DNA of 63,795 nucleotides, the filler included, from Choristocarpus tenellus KU-1152 (Eukaryota > Protista > Phaeophyceae), in NCBI GenBank assembly GCA_964200185.2. It is 11 parts of 11 records of this genome, joined end to end, with 100 filler letters (N's around TTAATTAATTAA, not from the genome) between each part and the next. Parts side by side here need not be neighbours in the genome. Positions count along the whole stretch, not along the records: positions 23,496 to 27,410 come from CAXNAD020017173.1; positions 27,511 to 37,353 come from CAXNAD020003338.1; positions 37,454 to 48,225 come from CAXNAD020002720.1; 8 more parts are not named here. One strand, 5' to 3'. Below the pieces are notes generated by a model. The model saw only the letters and a program-made list of their open reading frames with translations, did not search any database and was not told the DNA's origin. Both the position numbers and the translations under genes were made by a program. The stretch's first letter is position 1, and each line of letters opens with the position of its first letter. Positions 25,299 to 37,548 of this stretch are shown in pieces.

Positions 25299-27330
25299 TC
25301 AGACTTTGTTGCTGTTGGGGTCGTGCACGGTCTCTTGGTGTATCTTGTGAGTGACTCGTACTATCTACACACCATACATGGATGATCCAAATGTAATGTG
25401 TTTGGGAAAGTATTCACCACAGCATTTGATACTCATACAAAGTCTATCTACTATGGTAGAGGACTGGATAATTCGAGTAAGGTTGTATCACGCTCCAATC
25501 GTGTTGACGTTGGTCTATTTTGTAGTACGACAGTGTCAGCTGACTGCTGTTCTTGTTTTCATAGAGAACAGGACCCCACATGCTCATTGACAAGTGTGAC
25601 TAACACCAACCAGACTGAAACAAGAGCTGCACTCACTAGATTGACATTCGGGAATACCCCCCCTACTCTACCTGCTAATCAACTTCCTCAAGGAGCAAAC
25701 TTTGTACGCAGGGTCGGCCTGGATCACTACCACCTCAAGGAACGCGCTGTCATAACAACTCTGAATCATCCATTTCCTGGATTCAGTCTTTTGTTTGCAA
25801 ACTTCACACCCACGTCCACTAGTAATGGGGAGTTTGTCTCTAGAAATCATCTACAACGAATAGTACTAGGTACAACACTTCAAGGTATGTGATGAATATG
25901 TCTATTGAACATCCCTGTCTTCAAACCATTCACACCTTCAGCTCATTACCAAAAAATTTGCACCGATCTTGTTGAGTCTTCCAAGCACTCACTTCGAAAT
26001 CATGACTGGCACCGATTGGTTGCCCAAAAAAGACAGCGAGAAAACGGATAAGGCTACAACAGTGCATTATTAGTACCCCTGTTTTATCATCATCAGCTGT
26101 CAATATCTCGTATTCCGTTTGACGCTATGACTGACTGTAGCAGGGTGAAAAGCAATGATCACAGTGCCACCATCAGACATGTTTGTCAGCATCTTGTCAC
26201 ATTCAGTTCAGTTACATATCCATAATCTGTCCTTGATTTATTTTATCACCCAACAACGTACCTGTGTGTATGCTTGTCAAAAATCCCTCACCCGAGCAAC
26301 TATATATAAATAATTTTTCATACACATACCCCAACAATACCACTGTCTTGTGTATAGAAATAATAACTCGAAGCAGCTGGTTAATACTGCTCCAGTGCTC
26401 AGTAACTTATCCGTATTGTGGGGGGAAACATCACACTCGCCCATGCAACATCCGTTTCCTATGTCTGTTACAAACGCCTTTATGTCTTGCGTCAAGAAAA
26501 TGCAGTACTAATAGTATATTTAATCCCAACTTGGGGGTAGGCATAGGCAAAGGACCCTGAATAATCAGTGGACCACCCAGGGCCCGCTGCTGCATCCTGC
26601 CGATTACCAGTCAAGAGCACTACTTCCGCTACCTCTAAAAACGCACACACACATCTCATCCCAGGTATAATAGGCTGTCAGTCAAGTCCCACTCACACCG
26701 CAGTAGTAGTAGTAGGCAAGGACACCCACATACAGAGAGACAGGAGAGGCACGATGATACATGCACACAAATCAACAAGAAAAAACAGGGCTTGAGCGGG
26801 CAAAGCACCCCGAAATAGTTTCCATCAAATGCAATGAACACCCAAATGCACGTAGAACACTCACTATTATTCAACTACACTTTCCCCACAATACTACATA
26901 ATGTAGTGTAACAACCACTTGTCTCTATCTCCTTTACCCTTGCTGCCGTCTAGTTCTGAGAGGGATTAGCACCACGTCTCAAACATCCAATGTTTACACG
27001 AATTTCACAGCCTACGAGTGTAGTCCAGTAAGTCACATTTTCGAAACAATACATCTATATTGTCCTCGACCATCAACCTTTCCTATCCCTTACAGGCCGT
27101 TCTTGCACGACAGTCTCACAGATCCCCTCTGCATCCTTTTCCCAAGGACGCGCCTTACATCTCCATCTTACCCCTCACCTTACCCCCACCGTAGTAGTAT
27201 CAACATTGTGTGTATGAGTTCACATTACCTCCTACTGGGGAGGAGGGGGAGGGGGGATTGCATGTGTATGCTGCATGTAAATATATTGCACCAAAGTTCA
27301 AAGCACTCTTGACAATGAAATCCTCATCAG
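25299..27330 (-). CDS. Unknown gene, putative four 3' exons
   Basis: Exons 27330-27292, 26634-26531, 25787-25701 and 25364-25299 join GT-AG with consistent phase: DEDFIVKSALNFEVAEVVLLTGNRQDAAAGPGWSTDYSGSFAYAYPQTESRKWMIQSCYDSAFLEVVVIQADPAYKIVRVTHKIHQETVHDPNSNKV*. Some donors are weak; no homology recognised. Confidence 0.4.
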
Positions 27331-27510
27331 CTATGATGGGTTGTTTAATGGACATACGATGGATGTTCCCCCCACCCCCCCCCCCCCACACCCCCCCCCC
27401 CAACCCCCCCNNNNNNNNNNNNNNNNNNNNNNNNNNNNNNNNNNNNNNNNNNNNTTAATTAATTAANNNNNNNNNNNNNNNNNNNNNNNNNNNNNNNNNN
27501 NNNNNNNNNN

Positions 27511-27668
27511 GGGGTCTACACCAGGGTGTCCATTTGGAGCAAAATCAGGAAAAGTGTATTTTCATTATCCGTCGGACGTATGCAACCACATCACCCAAAA
27601 ATCTCGACATGAAAAAATTGACCCCAAACGGACAGCCGCCACCCCCCCCCTCAGATACTTTAAGCCTG
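27511..27668. mobile_element. MITE family A (reverse), cut by contig start
   Basis: Reverse complement of 9383-9548; ends CCCCTCAGATACTTTAAGCC. Confidence 0.8.
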
Positions 27669-28312
27669 GAATCATGTAGAGATATCGCGACAATGCTACC
27701 CTCATGATCAAGATAGAAAATACAATATGGAAAATATGTCATGACAACAGTTCGATTTGTCTGGACTCGATAAGTAGTACAAATTAAAACACAATATGTT
27801 GTCAAACTAATGCAACATGCTCAGTGCACATTTAAGAAACTACTAACCCACCTATCCTCAATCACATCCATCATTCTTATCAAGGAAATGGTCAATGACA
27901 TGCATATGTTAACAACCCAGCAAATGAATTGTATTTTTCATCGCCGTTTGTCCATTCACATCCCAAGATCGGCGTGCTAGGTAGAAACAGCAAAATAGGA
28001 AGAGAACTACCAACGTAGGTCGTAACCCTGCCTTGTCTCTTACGAATGCTACTTCTACGGAATCTGGAACACATTGAGCGAATAAATTTTAGGGTGAGGT
28101 GGGATCACGGTCTGCTCCCTGGAATTGTTCCACAGGCTGTCCTCACACCACCCAAGCAGAATACAAATACAATAGAACGGAAACCCTTCTAAAATAATAG
28201 TAAAAGTGCCTCTATCAAGAGATCAACAGCTACCACACCCTCAAAAAAATAAATTGGGTCATCGTCACACTATCTCAACACCTCAAAATGGTCTAATGCT
28301 AATGCCACTCCA

Positions 28313-31300
28313 CTATGGAGATGGTCCGGCCCGAGGTCCTTCGATGGCACTGGTATCAGAGGCAAAGTAGTACGTGGTATCTGTACCATAGCTTGTAGTG
28401 TCACCGAGAACGATACCTGACATGTCCACCTGTGCCGAGACAGCAAGTAGGAAAGTTGAGTGAGTAAACTTGTGATAGGGGAAGAACATGGAGAATGAAG
28501 GATGACAATATGTATATAGTTGTATCCCATTGATTTCGGGTTTTGCAAGTCATCACCGGATTGTGGTGTATTCAAGTGTAGAGTAATATCGAGGATGCAG
28601 CCTGTGCAAAATAGGACAGTAGTGATGTGTACCTTATTTTGTGTATGAGAGATGTAACTAATGAGATAGTACATCCCGATTATGAATGGGATTACTTATG
28701 GGTTTTTATTCTGCATTTAACTACTTTGATATAACCGTGGACTTACACATGAGGCACAAATAATAATAAAACAAGCAATGAGAAGGGGACAAAGGTCACT
28801 CTTCTAATTTGAAGTATCTAATCACGTTCAGCAATGGGGAACCGTATGAGGCTTCACACCTCCTTGTCTTCACTACTGAAAAATAGCATTACCTCCCAAG
28901 GTAAATTGCACACAGCCAAACCTTGAAACTTGCTGGGTTTGGCAGTAGTGCATGACACTTACAGATTTTCCTGTTGGGACAGTAAGGGGGATGTAGCCGG
29001 AGGTTCCACCGGCAGTGAGGCTCACACTTACGAGAGCTCCTGCAGAAGTTACAGTAAGCAAGGTGGTCGGAGGGTGACGAATGGTAGACGCATTTATTTG
29101 CTTAGTTCATACAACAAACTTGACTTTGAGGAAGATTGAGCACGTGTGACATGGGCATTAGCATTATGTCGGCTAGGAAGCGTGAGATCCAACTTCAGGT
29201 CAGCTGACTGGCCTAGCCAAGGGTGACAACAATATAGTCACTGCATTTTCGAAGAATCGATAAATTTGTGTGACAAGATGCTTGGTAGTAAGCATTGCAC
29301 CAGTATTCCTACTCATCTTTAGATAATACAGATGGTCATGAGAAGGGGAATACAAAGATTAGGCCCAGCGTTACACAACAAGAACATGTTGTAGATGGGG
29401 AAGAGATAACAAGGTGTAACATCTAATGAAAGTCCACACTAGATCTTTAATGCTTCACTGACAAGAAATGGTCAAGAGTCTAACCAACTGAGGTAGGTGG
29501 GTTGCGTTTTGACGAGAAAGAGCAAAAGTATGACATTTTGTACAATTGCAGAAGAGCCTTTGCTGATTTGTGGTACGACGTTGTGTACGGAAAGGGGGAA
29601 TATCAGCTTTGTCTACACTATTGTGCACAGAAAAAAAGCGAAATCGAGTTTATCGCATAAGGTAAGAAAGATGCCTTGGGAAAAAGTTAAAACCTGCCTA
29701 CCTCTTAATTGTTTTTACAACACTAATGTATAACACTCTGTGCCGTAAAAAAGAAACATGGCATGAGAGTTAACACATGCGGCGTGTATGGATGTGTTGA
29801 GCAGGCATCATGGGTGCAATGGACAGAAGGGAAGAGTGTCATGGGCCTGGGTATCTCACCAGTGGCATCCTTGGTGCCCCTGAGTAGAGGTGCAGCGTTG
29901 TCCAGCGCCTTGTGGAAATTGAAGTTTTGGCATAGATGATCAAACTTGAGAGTCTGAAGTGCCACAACAGAGGGGACGAAGGAGCAGTGAGGTAAGATGT
30001 GTAAGGAAGGAAATATTCAAAGGAGCTAATGCAAGGCATTGTGGGTTCCAGCTTTGAATTGTACTGGTTCGCAGTGTGTATGTTGCTGTGCTAAGAAAAT
30101 ATCATAATAAATGCGGACAAGACAGTCACAATCCCCATTTCTCAACAACTTGTAGTTGATGCCTTACAGGAGCAGCAATGTATTTGCTTTGCACCATATC
30201 ATCGAAGAGGCACCAGTACATAACTTAATGGGGAAGGTGATGAACGAAGTAATTTCCGCCATCATCTGCTCCATCCAGTATGCCAGGAGCGATGTGGTGG
30301 CACCATTTATGGTAGTGGGGAGCAGGTTGAGCTGTAGTGGTAGAGTAGAACAAACAGACAAGACAAGACCACATTTGAAGTACAGACGAAAAATATTGGA
30401 ATGTGTGCGAGAGCTCCTTCTGGATGAAAAGAAAGTGGCAAGGTATATATCAGCGATTTTCATGATTGAGCTAAAGACGAAAATCAAGACTGTACCATAG
30501 GTTTGCATCAGATATGGTCACATGGGGTTTGAGATGAGTGTGTATAAGGAGAAGTAATAATGGTCATAAAGAAATGTAGAATAGACTCGAAAGAGTGGTT
30601 TTCTAGTCCTCCATATAATATACTACATGCTACTACATATGCATATATACCCTATCAGTATCTATTAATAAGCGTTGTGTGTGCGTAACAAGCACAAGAC
30701 CAGTGGAAATGGTGGTGGTGTACAAGATAGATGAAACGCACTGTATTTTGATAAGTATCCCAAAATGCAATGAAATATAGGTGTTTTGGCAAGATGCTAC
30801 GGAGACAGTGTGGCCTATAGATACCAGAACGTTTGCTCCAATAGAAGACTTTGGCACACCTGGTGGAACATGTACTTGTCACGGAAGCCACCAAGTATCT
30901 GCCTCGTGGTGGCCTCCTTCTCCCAGCCAATTATGGCATCCAGTGATCCGAAGGACTGAATATCATCGCACAAACTGCAGGTCTATAGTGTGCAAAAGCG
31001 AGATATCTCAAAACGTTGTGGCGATGTGGTTTTGTGTGGAGGGAGTCCTCAATGATCAAGTTGACAGGAATTGTGTGCGTGTGGTGTGGAATGAGCAGAA
31101 ACGTATCTAGCTAAGGAGGACGAATATATATATATATGATTCAAAGCACTTTTTGTCAATACTCAATGACATTTTGCAGATGCCGTGGAGAAAAAGACAA
31201 CGAATACAAAATTATAAGAGCTCTTATTTGCTGACCCTGCCAAATAGTGAGTTTTCCAAGACCCAAAGTTAATTATGCTTGTCTAGTTAGAATAGCTACT

Positions 31301-34300
31301 GCACTGCTGCATATTCTTGTCCTTGTCATAGATTGGTAATGATACAGGTATTGTCGTGTAGGGAGGTCTTAGTTGCAAGCAAATATAGCAGCATTCCAGT
31401 TTGAGCTAGTTCTCATACGGATTCTGTTGTGTCCGTTGTGCTCTGCCTTTCTTCGCCACAGTGGCAAACAACTGCAAAATGGCTGTCATCCATGAGGACT
31501 TAACAATATCATAACCTCACTGTTGATTAGGAATTTAGTCCAAACCTCAACGTTAGAGTGCTCATACCACACTATAGTAGTTGGTACACTATATAATTAA
31601 TTAGAAAACACCAAGAGTCTAAACAATCAAACATACAGATTATGTGATCCTAACATCGTACTTGTATGCAACTCATGTAAAGATGAAAGAGTGTGCGAGC
31701 CATAAGCAATAACTTCAATGTTGTGGTGTTGACCTCCACCACCTTTCAAGTGTGTGAAATTGCACGGGACCGAAGTCAAAACTATTTGTATAATGTTATA
31801 CGTACTTCCACTCACTGTTGCGATTTCTTGTATGTGGTGTGGTACATTGAGATATTTGGAGAGTATGTACTACTTCTGTCATAATGTTCTTCCGCTGTGG
31901 TTTTTTCTTGTTTGGGTTTGGAAAATCGGAATATTTGGAGAGTATGTCAATTTCATTGAATAGATTAATAACACCCAAACAGTACCTGATCAGGACTGGG
32001 ACGTGTATGCAAAGGACAGGAGACGAACAGCATGAAGCGTCGAAAGGTGCAAGCATTTTTTTACCTCAACACTCAGTGCACAAGCATGTGACAAAAAAAA
32101 ATCAACCTTTCACTTTCGATGTGAGTCATGTTTCAGTCGAAATCTCGTAGACAAGCCAATAGTGCTATTGACAAGACCAACTGGTCTTTTCAGAAGGAGC
32201 TGCTGTTCTCTTCTATCTGATATTGGATGTTTTCAAAACACTCTACCAATACAGTTCGACTCAAAAACGTGAAAAATCAACCTGCAGCATACTAAATATT
32301 GCAAAATAATTTGGTTTGCAGGTAAGCAAAAACAGGGAGAGTAACTGGAGGACTTACCCCAGTATCAGCAAAAGGGTCCAGGTTGGTGCAACCGCAGACA
32401 ACTCGTCTGATCCACTCGTTCTCCTGGATGAGACACTGTGTATGGCATTTCCGACAGGTAAAGGTAAAATATAGTATGCAGCAGCCAAAGGAAAATGGTT
32501 TCTTGATCAACAAGGCTTCATGGCTCAGCCACATATTACGAAAAGAGGGATTTGCCCTGGGATTTTTTTTCCAAGTGTAAATACAAGAAAACGCTCTCCC
32601 TAGTGCAGAACAACGGGAGGTACCAACAATTAAAAAATTTACAGAGAGGGAAGATATCGACGGACAATCATCCCCCACCTCAGGCGTCCTGCAGTTGTAA
32701 TAGATGAAGGTTGCAAAGCGGGGAACAATAGTTGCTCCAGCATAACCTGTGTAAACGGGAACAAAATGTGGAGGTTTAATTGGGAAGGATAAGAGTGGGC
32801 AAAAGGAATCATCGCTGGCCTCAATGGGGATCGGAAATTAGTCTTCACTTCAAAGATGGACATATACTTCCCAAATTTGAACACACATCTGGGAGGTCAG
32901 CATTTACTTTGACACACTGCTGATAGACAAAGGCCTTGAAGAAATCATATCATATCACCTCCGTCGATAAACGTATCTTCTCGGGGAATCAGAGTCCCGT
33001 AAAATCAGAGAACAGCTAATCTCACTCTCACCGTTGGTGCTAACCGTGGTAGTCAGGGGATGGTACCGGTTTTCTGCAACAAGAGAGACACTCGTGATGC
33101 CAGGCAGGTAGGTGTTGTCTCCTGGATAGCATGTCATCATTTCTGCTGCTCCACTCCTTAAAAGACATAGCCAACAAGAAGAGGTAGAATAGTGGACATA
33201 CACAAAAGAAGTGAGGTGGGAATGGCAAAGTACATACATGGGAAGACAGACGATGATATTTGTCCAACCTCTTTAAATCTCACACCACATTTTCAATAAA
33301 AGTCGTGTCTTCGAAACAAACACCATTCACGAATGATCATTTTCAAATATCATCAAATTTCCTTGCTGAGAATTTCATAGTACAACACACGAAGAGTTCA
33401 AATATGAAATTCTAAAGATGAAAGGATACTACTTACTCAAGGCAGTACTTGTTGAAGAGGCCGCTAATCCCCGGCGAGGTCATGGAATACCAGTTGTAGT
33501 TTTCGTTCCCATAGTAGAATCCTGCCGCCTTGGTGAACTCAACGTTCCCTGAATGTACCCCAATCATGTAGGGCAATGGCGTATTAATTCAAAGGCATTT
33601 GGTTCTTGTTTTGTGCATCACTTAATATTGCATATTCGAAAGATACCATTTCGGATCAGAAACCATGTTCCACCAATCGTATGGATTGGAATTTCGTTTT
33701 GTTATTGGATTGAGTGAAGGGGAAATGCGGTGAACATACTGTAATTTACATATCGTGGACATTTATCACGAGATTACCGCATACTGTAATAGTACAAAAA
33801 CACAAAATAGTCCATATTTCCTCGCCTCCTTCTCCCCACGCCACGCAGAAAGTACATAATCTAAGCTTGTTCTTTCCTCACCCGTGTCCTCAATTTTACA
33901 ATCCGAGGATCCAAGATTGTCGCGAGTGAGGTGGGTCAACGTGTGCGATTGCCAGTGGAACTTTGTCTTGATATTTGTACTCAGCACAGCCGTGAAGAGG
34001 CCATCTGATTCCCAAACCCCAGCCTCAAACTCTTGTTGCATGCCAGGGACTGCAGTTGACAGCCACGATGTGTTGTGCTGCGGTGCCACTCCTAGGGTAG
34101 GTGTAGCAAGGAGTATGGAGCAACATTGGCAATGGAAACCACCCCATTGCATGAAAAGAGACGGGCATTGTTGTCTTGGTCAGATGCAGCACAGCTACTG
34201 TGGTGTGTGTGATGGCTGAACTCTCCCAGGACATAGGGCATACTCTAGAGCACGCACTACAATATCTGTACCTTGTGTAGTTGGATATGCTACATTACAG

Positions 34301-37300
34301 TTCGAGTTATGAAATGTGTAATGCACTATTTCCTCTACTGTTACGAACAGGGGCTATTGTACAATGAAATGCGATCTAGCTATCGTCCAAAATTGAGTCA
34401 ACTTCGAGCAATACTGTGACTCCAAAGCCTTCTGGAGTTGTTTTTAGTCCAATCCTGTCATCTGTTAACAGTGGTGCAATCTGTAGGGGTGAGGATGCGA
34501 AGAGATACTGGAGGAGGACCGCACATGCAAAATCCCTAGCAAAGCATTTCAAAGTATTTCCCTTACACCACTCACTGCAAACTGAACCTGAACCCTTACA
34601 GTATTGGAGGATGTAGAAAGGAGACCAGCACTGTTTGCTCTGGTACAGGTACCTTCCATGTCATTCTTACCAGTTCCTTGGACCTTTTCGCCCTTTGTGA
34701 GCTTTGCGATGTCAACATCATCAACAGACAGTGTAAATGCAGAGTTGACCTGTTTTCCAGCGTTCATCCAAGGATGAGAAGGGGTGAGGGCAGTATGAAA
34801 CGCCATAAATGCCTTCCACTTATTCAATCTAACAAGTTGGACTGGCAGGTCCTATGAATCCTTGGATGCGGTATATCAAGACAAATCCAAGTGAAAAAAT
34901 GACATAAAAAACGATGCAGCACAGTATTGCTTGAAAGACCCTCACACCTGAAGAAAACGGGTAAAATATAGGAATTAGTAACCACATGGTACGCAATACA
35001 TTACACTAATGAAATTATTGTGGCATATCGTAATGGTAGTAAGTGTATACTGGGAAATAATTTAATTCTGCAGTTGAATGTCATCTGAGAGAACACTGCT
35101 TAACATTAACCTTTACGGTGCTTGCAGCATTCCTCACGTACAAAATAATCACCTCTTGAAGAACGCCGTTACCATTGTAGGCAAACTCGGTGATCACATC
35201 GGCTCCATACATCGAGTTGAGAGAGTCCTGAAATGAAGCGAAGGTTGCAAAGTCTTCTCCGGTCATCCGTTCCTCTTCCTGATGAGGTCAGCAAGTACAC
35301 AGCGGCAAGATGCACCGCAATCGCGATGTGAGAGGAGAAAACACCATCGAGAGGAATGTCAATGTTATGTTTCGTGTGGGTTCCTGGATGGAGAAACACA
35401 CACTGTGAACACTATTTCTTGACATTCTCCTTACCAACTCAATAGACGAACGACTACTGCACCAATTAATAGGTCGACCATTCATTTGAAGACAACAGGT
35501 GCACAAGATCTATGATTGGAAGTAATAATAGCTACATACCTAAAATATTCTTCGTCATCTTTCCTTTTTTGAATTGGTGTCTACTATAATTGACCTTACA
35601 CTTCAATTGCACACCAAAAGTTCCAGTCCACAAATTGTGAGCGATATCGTTTCTCACCCCTGACATATTGTCACCACCATCGTACTCCCATGGAACTGTG
35701 CCGAGAAGAAGGTCATCCACCACAGGACCCAAGTAATACCGCCTCTCGCCCTAGAGTAGAAGTCGGTTAGGGTGGGGTTTGTGCCAAGGGACAAGATAGC
35801 TACGGTCAAAATCAAACAGAAATCTGATTCACTTTGTTGCTGATAATTGTTGCAAGAATGTCACGACCTAGATCATGGAAGCATACCCAATACTATGTTA
35901 TCTAAATGTGCCCGAAAAATTCCCCCAAACACCACACAATTCCTCGTACGTGCTCTGTTAGTCCAACTGCATGAGATCTAGTCTACTACTGTAACTAGAC
36001 TCAATGTATTCTACTTGGAGACAGCGTAGCACTTCAGCATACTATGACATGGAAATTATAGAGCTTTACCACTCCTACTATTGCATTGCCTCCGACTTTC
36101 ATCACCTCTCCCCACCGCCACCAACGCCCTATGACCGCTGATGTCAGTCGTCGTTTTAGCACCTGAAACACACCCTTGGTGGCCCACTCAGCGAAGAAGT
36201 TTGCCCAAGCCCATGAACCCATGTCAAACCACGCGATACTAAAGAACACATAGAGCTCTTCCAGGCCATCAATACCGATCCATTCTACCGCAGCAGCTGA
36301 CGGGTAGGCCTCTCCACTCTCGAGGAGATCGCCCGAGGCGGACGCGTACCTTGGTAAAAAACGTTGGAAAAATGCGAGGACGAGGGGAGGAGAGCAAAGA
36401 GTAGAGCTCTAATATGTCAATGTCTTTTGTTGTTCTTTTTGCAGGAAACAGAATATGGGCTTCACTTGTCGAGTGTCCTTGAATAGCTGCCCTTTAATCG
36501 TCTAATCAAGGAAATATGCAACACTTAGATGTTGTCTCCAAAATGAATGTAGCCCAATCTCTACACTTTACCTAAACACAACATTAACACCACACCACAC
36601 AGTGAATCAATTACTTCGAATTATACTAGTGGTACACAAAACCTCACCCAACTACCCCCAAGGACGATTCGCAATGCCAAACTCGAACATGCGACACACC
36701 CATATCGCAACTGTTACTCACGACGCTAAGATGACGGCTGTTCCATTGTTGAATGTGGACCCCCATTGGTGCAGGGGTCTGGCATACAGGTTATTGGTCT
36801 GTGGGTTGGTCTGCATGTTGTCCTTGCAAACGTTGCAGGCAGCATTGCCAGCCACTGCACAACGGCAACGACAGGGTGGGATTCAATGTCTTGAAGTTCT
36901 TTCATCTCGAGAGATCATTTTCTCATCAATAGTAGCCATGTTTGGAGGGACAAGTGACTATGTAGAGAGCCCCTGGTCGAATGACAAATCGATCATAATA
37001 TATCGAATACCCAAACAGCGAACTATTGCACACCTTAGCACAGTAGTAGTACCGCACAACGGTGAAGTCGAATTAAACCAAGACTTTTGTTCGCGTATGC
37101 ACCTACTTCCGGCTGCTGTTAACGACTTTCCACCTGCGACTACACCACACATCCATTGTTGTTGCGCTCCAGCAAGGAATACTGTAGAATAGGCATCGAC
37201 GTATCATTCTTGCAATTATTTTCGGCCACTGGTCTACCTTACCACTTACTAGTCAGCTTCAAACCCGCGGGGATAGGAGTGTCCGTCGAGAACAGTGGTT

Positions 37301-37353
37301 CGGCGAAGTACTGGGAGACCCTCAACCTCTCGTTTACTTCGACGTCGTTTGCA
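28313..37353 (-). CDS. Agd3-like (CAZy CE18) carbohydrate de-N-acetylase, 15 exons, 5' end truncated
   Basis: Exons (5' to 3'): 37353-37243, 36349-36163, 35750-35658, 35278-35153, 34749-34671, 34091-33882, 33548-33437, 33156-33032, 32746-32679, 32435-32358, 30982-30860, 30331-30224, 29953-29860, 29039-28963, 28429-28313 (TAG). All phases are consistent. Motifs occur in Agd3 order: EWATKGVFQGERRYYLGPVVDDLLL, EFAYNGNG, FHWQSHTLTHL, SPGISGLFN, PGDNT, VPRFATFIYYNC, DKYMFHQLNL, YIPLTVP, YGTD. One donor reads TT instead of GT. Confidence 0.88.
29476..29715. mobile_element. MITE family C (older copy) in an intron of the Agd3-like gene
   Basis: GAGTCTAACCAACTGAGGTAGG ... AAACCTGCCTACCTCTTAATTG; colinear with 24500 and 54225. 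Confidence 0.7.
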
Positions 37354-37548
37354 NNNNNNNNNNNNNNNNNNNNNNNNNNNNNNNNNNNNNNNNNNNNTTA
37401 ATTAATTAANNNNNNNNNNNNNNNNNNNNNNNNNNNNNNNNNNNNNNNNNNNNGTAAAATCTTGATCCACTCAACTTGATTTGACCCTATAGTACCCCCC
37501 CCCCCCCCTGCCTTCCCCATACAATCTATATACGAGTAGTTAATCAAG

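Noticed and set aside
33032-33590. vWD-like domain reading of PYMIGVHSGNVEF...WYSM
   Set aside because: The PYMIG part is intronic; after splicing, the exon fits the Agd3 motif order.
35750-35800. Apparent in-frame stop suggesting the Agd3-like gene is a pseudogene
   Set aside because: The TAG is the splice acceptor (CTCTAG|GGC GAG AGG).
36602-37192. 196-aa plus-strand ORF
   Set aside because: It lies antisense within an intron of the Agd3-like gene, starts at GTG, and has no recognisable motif.
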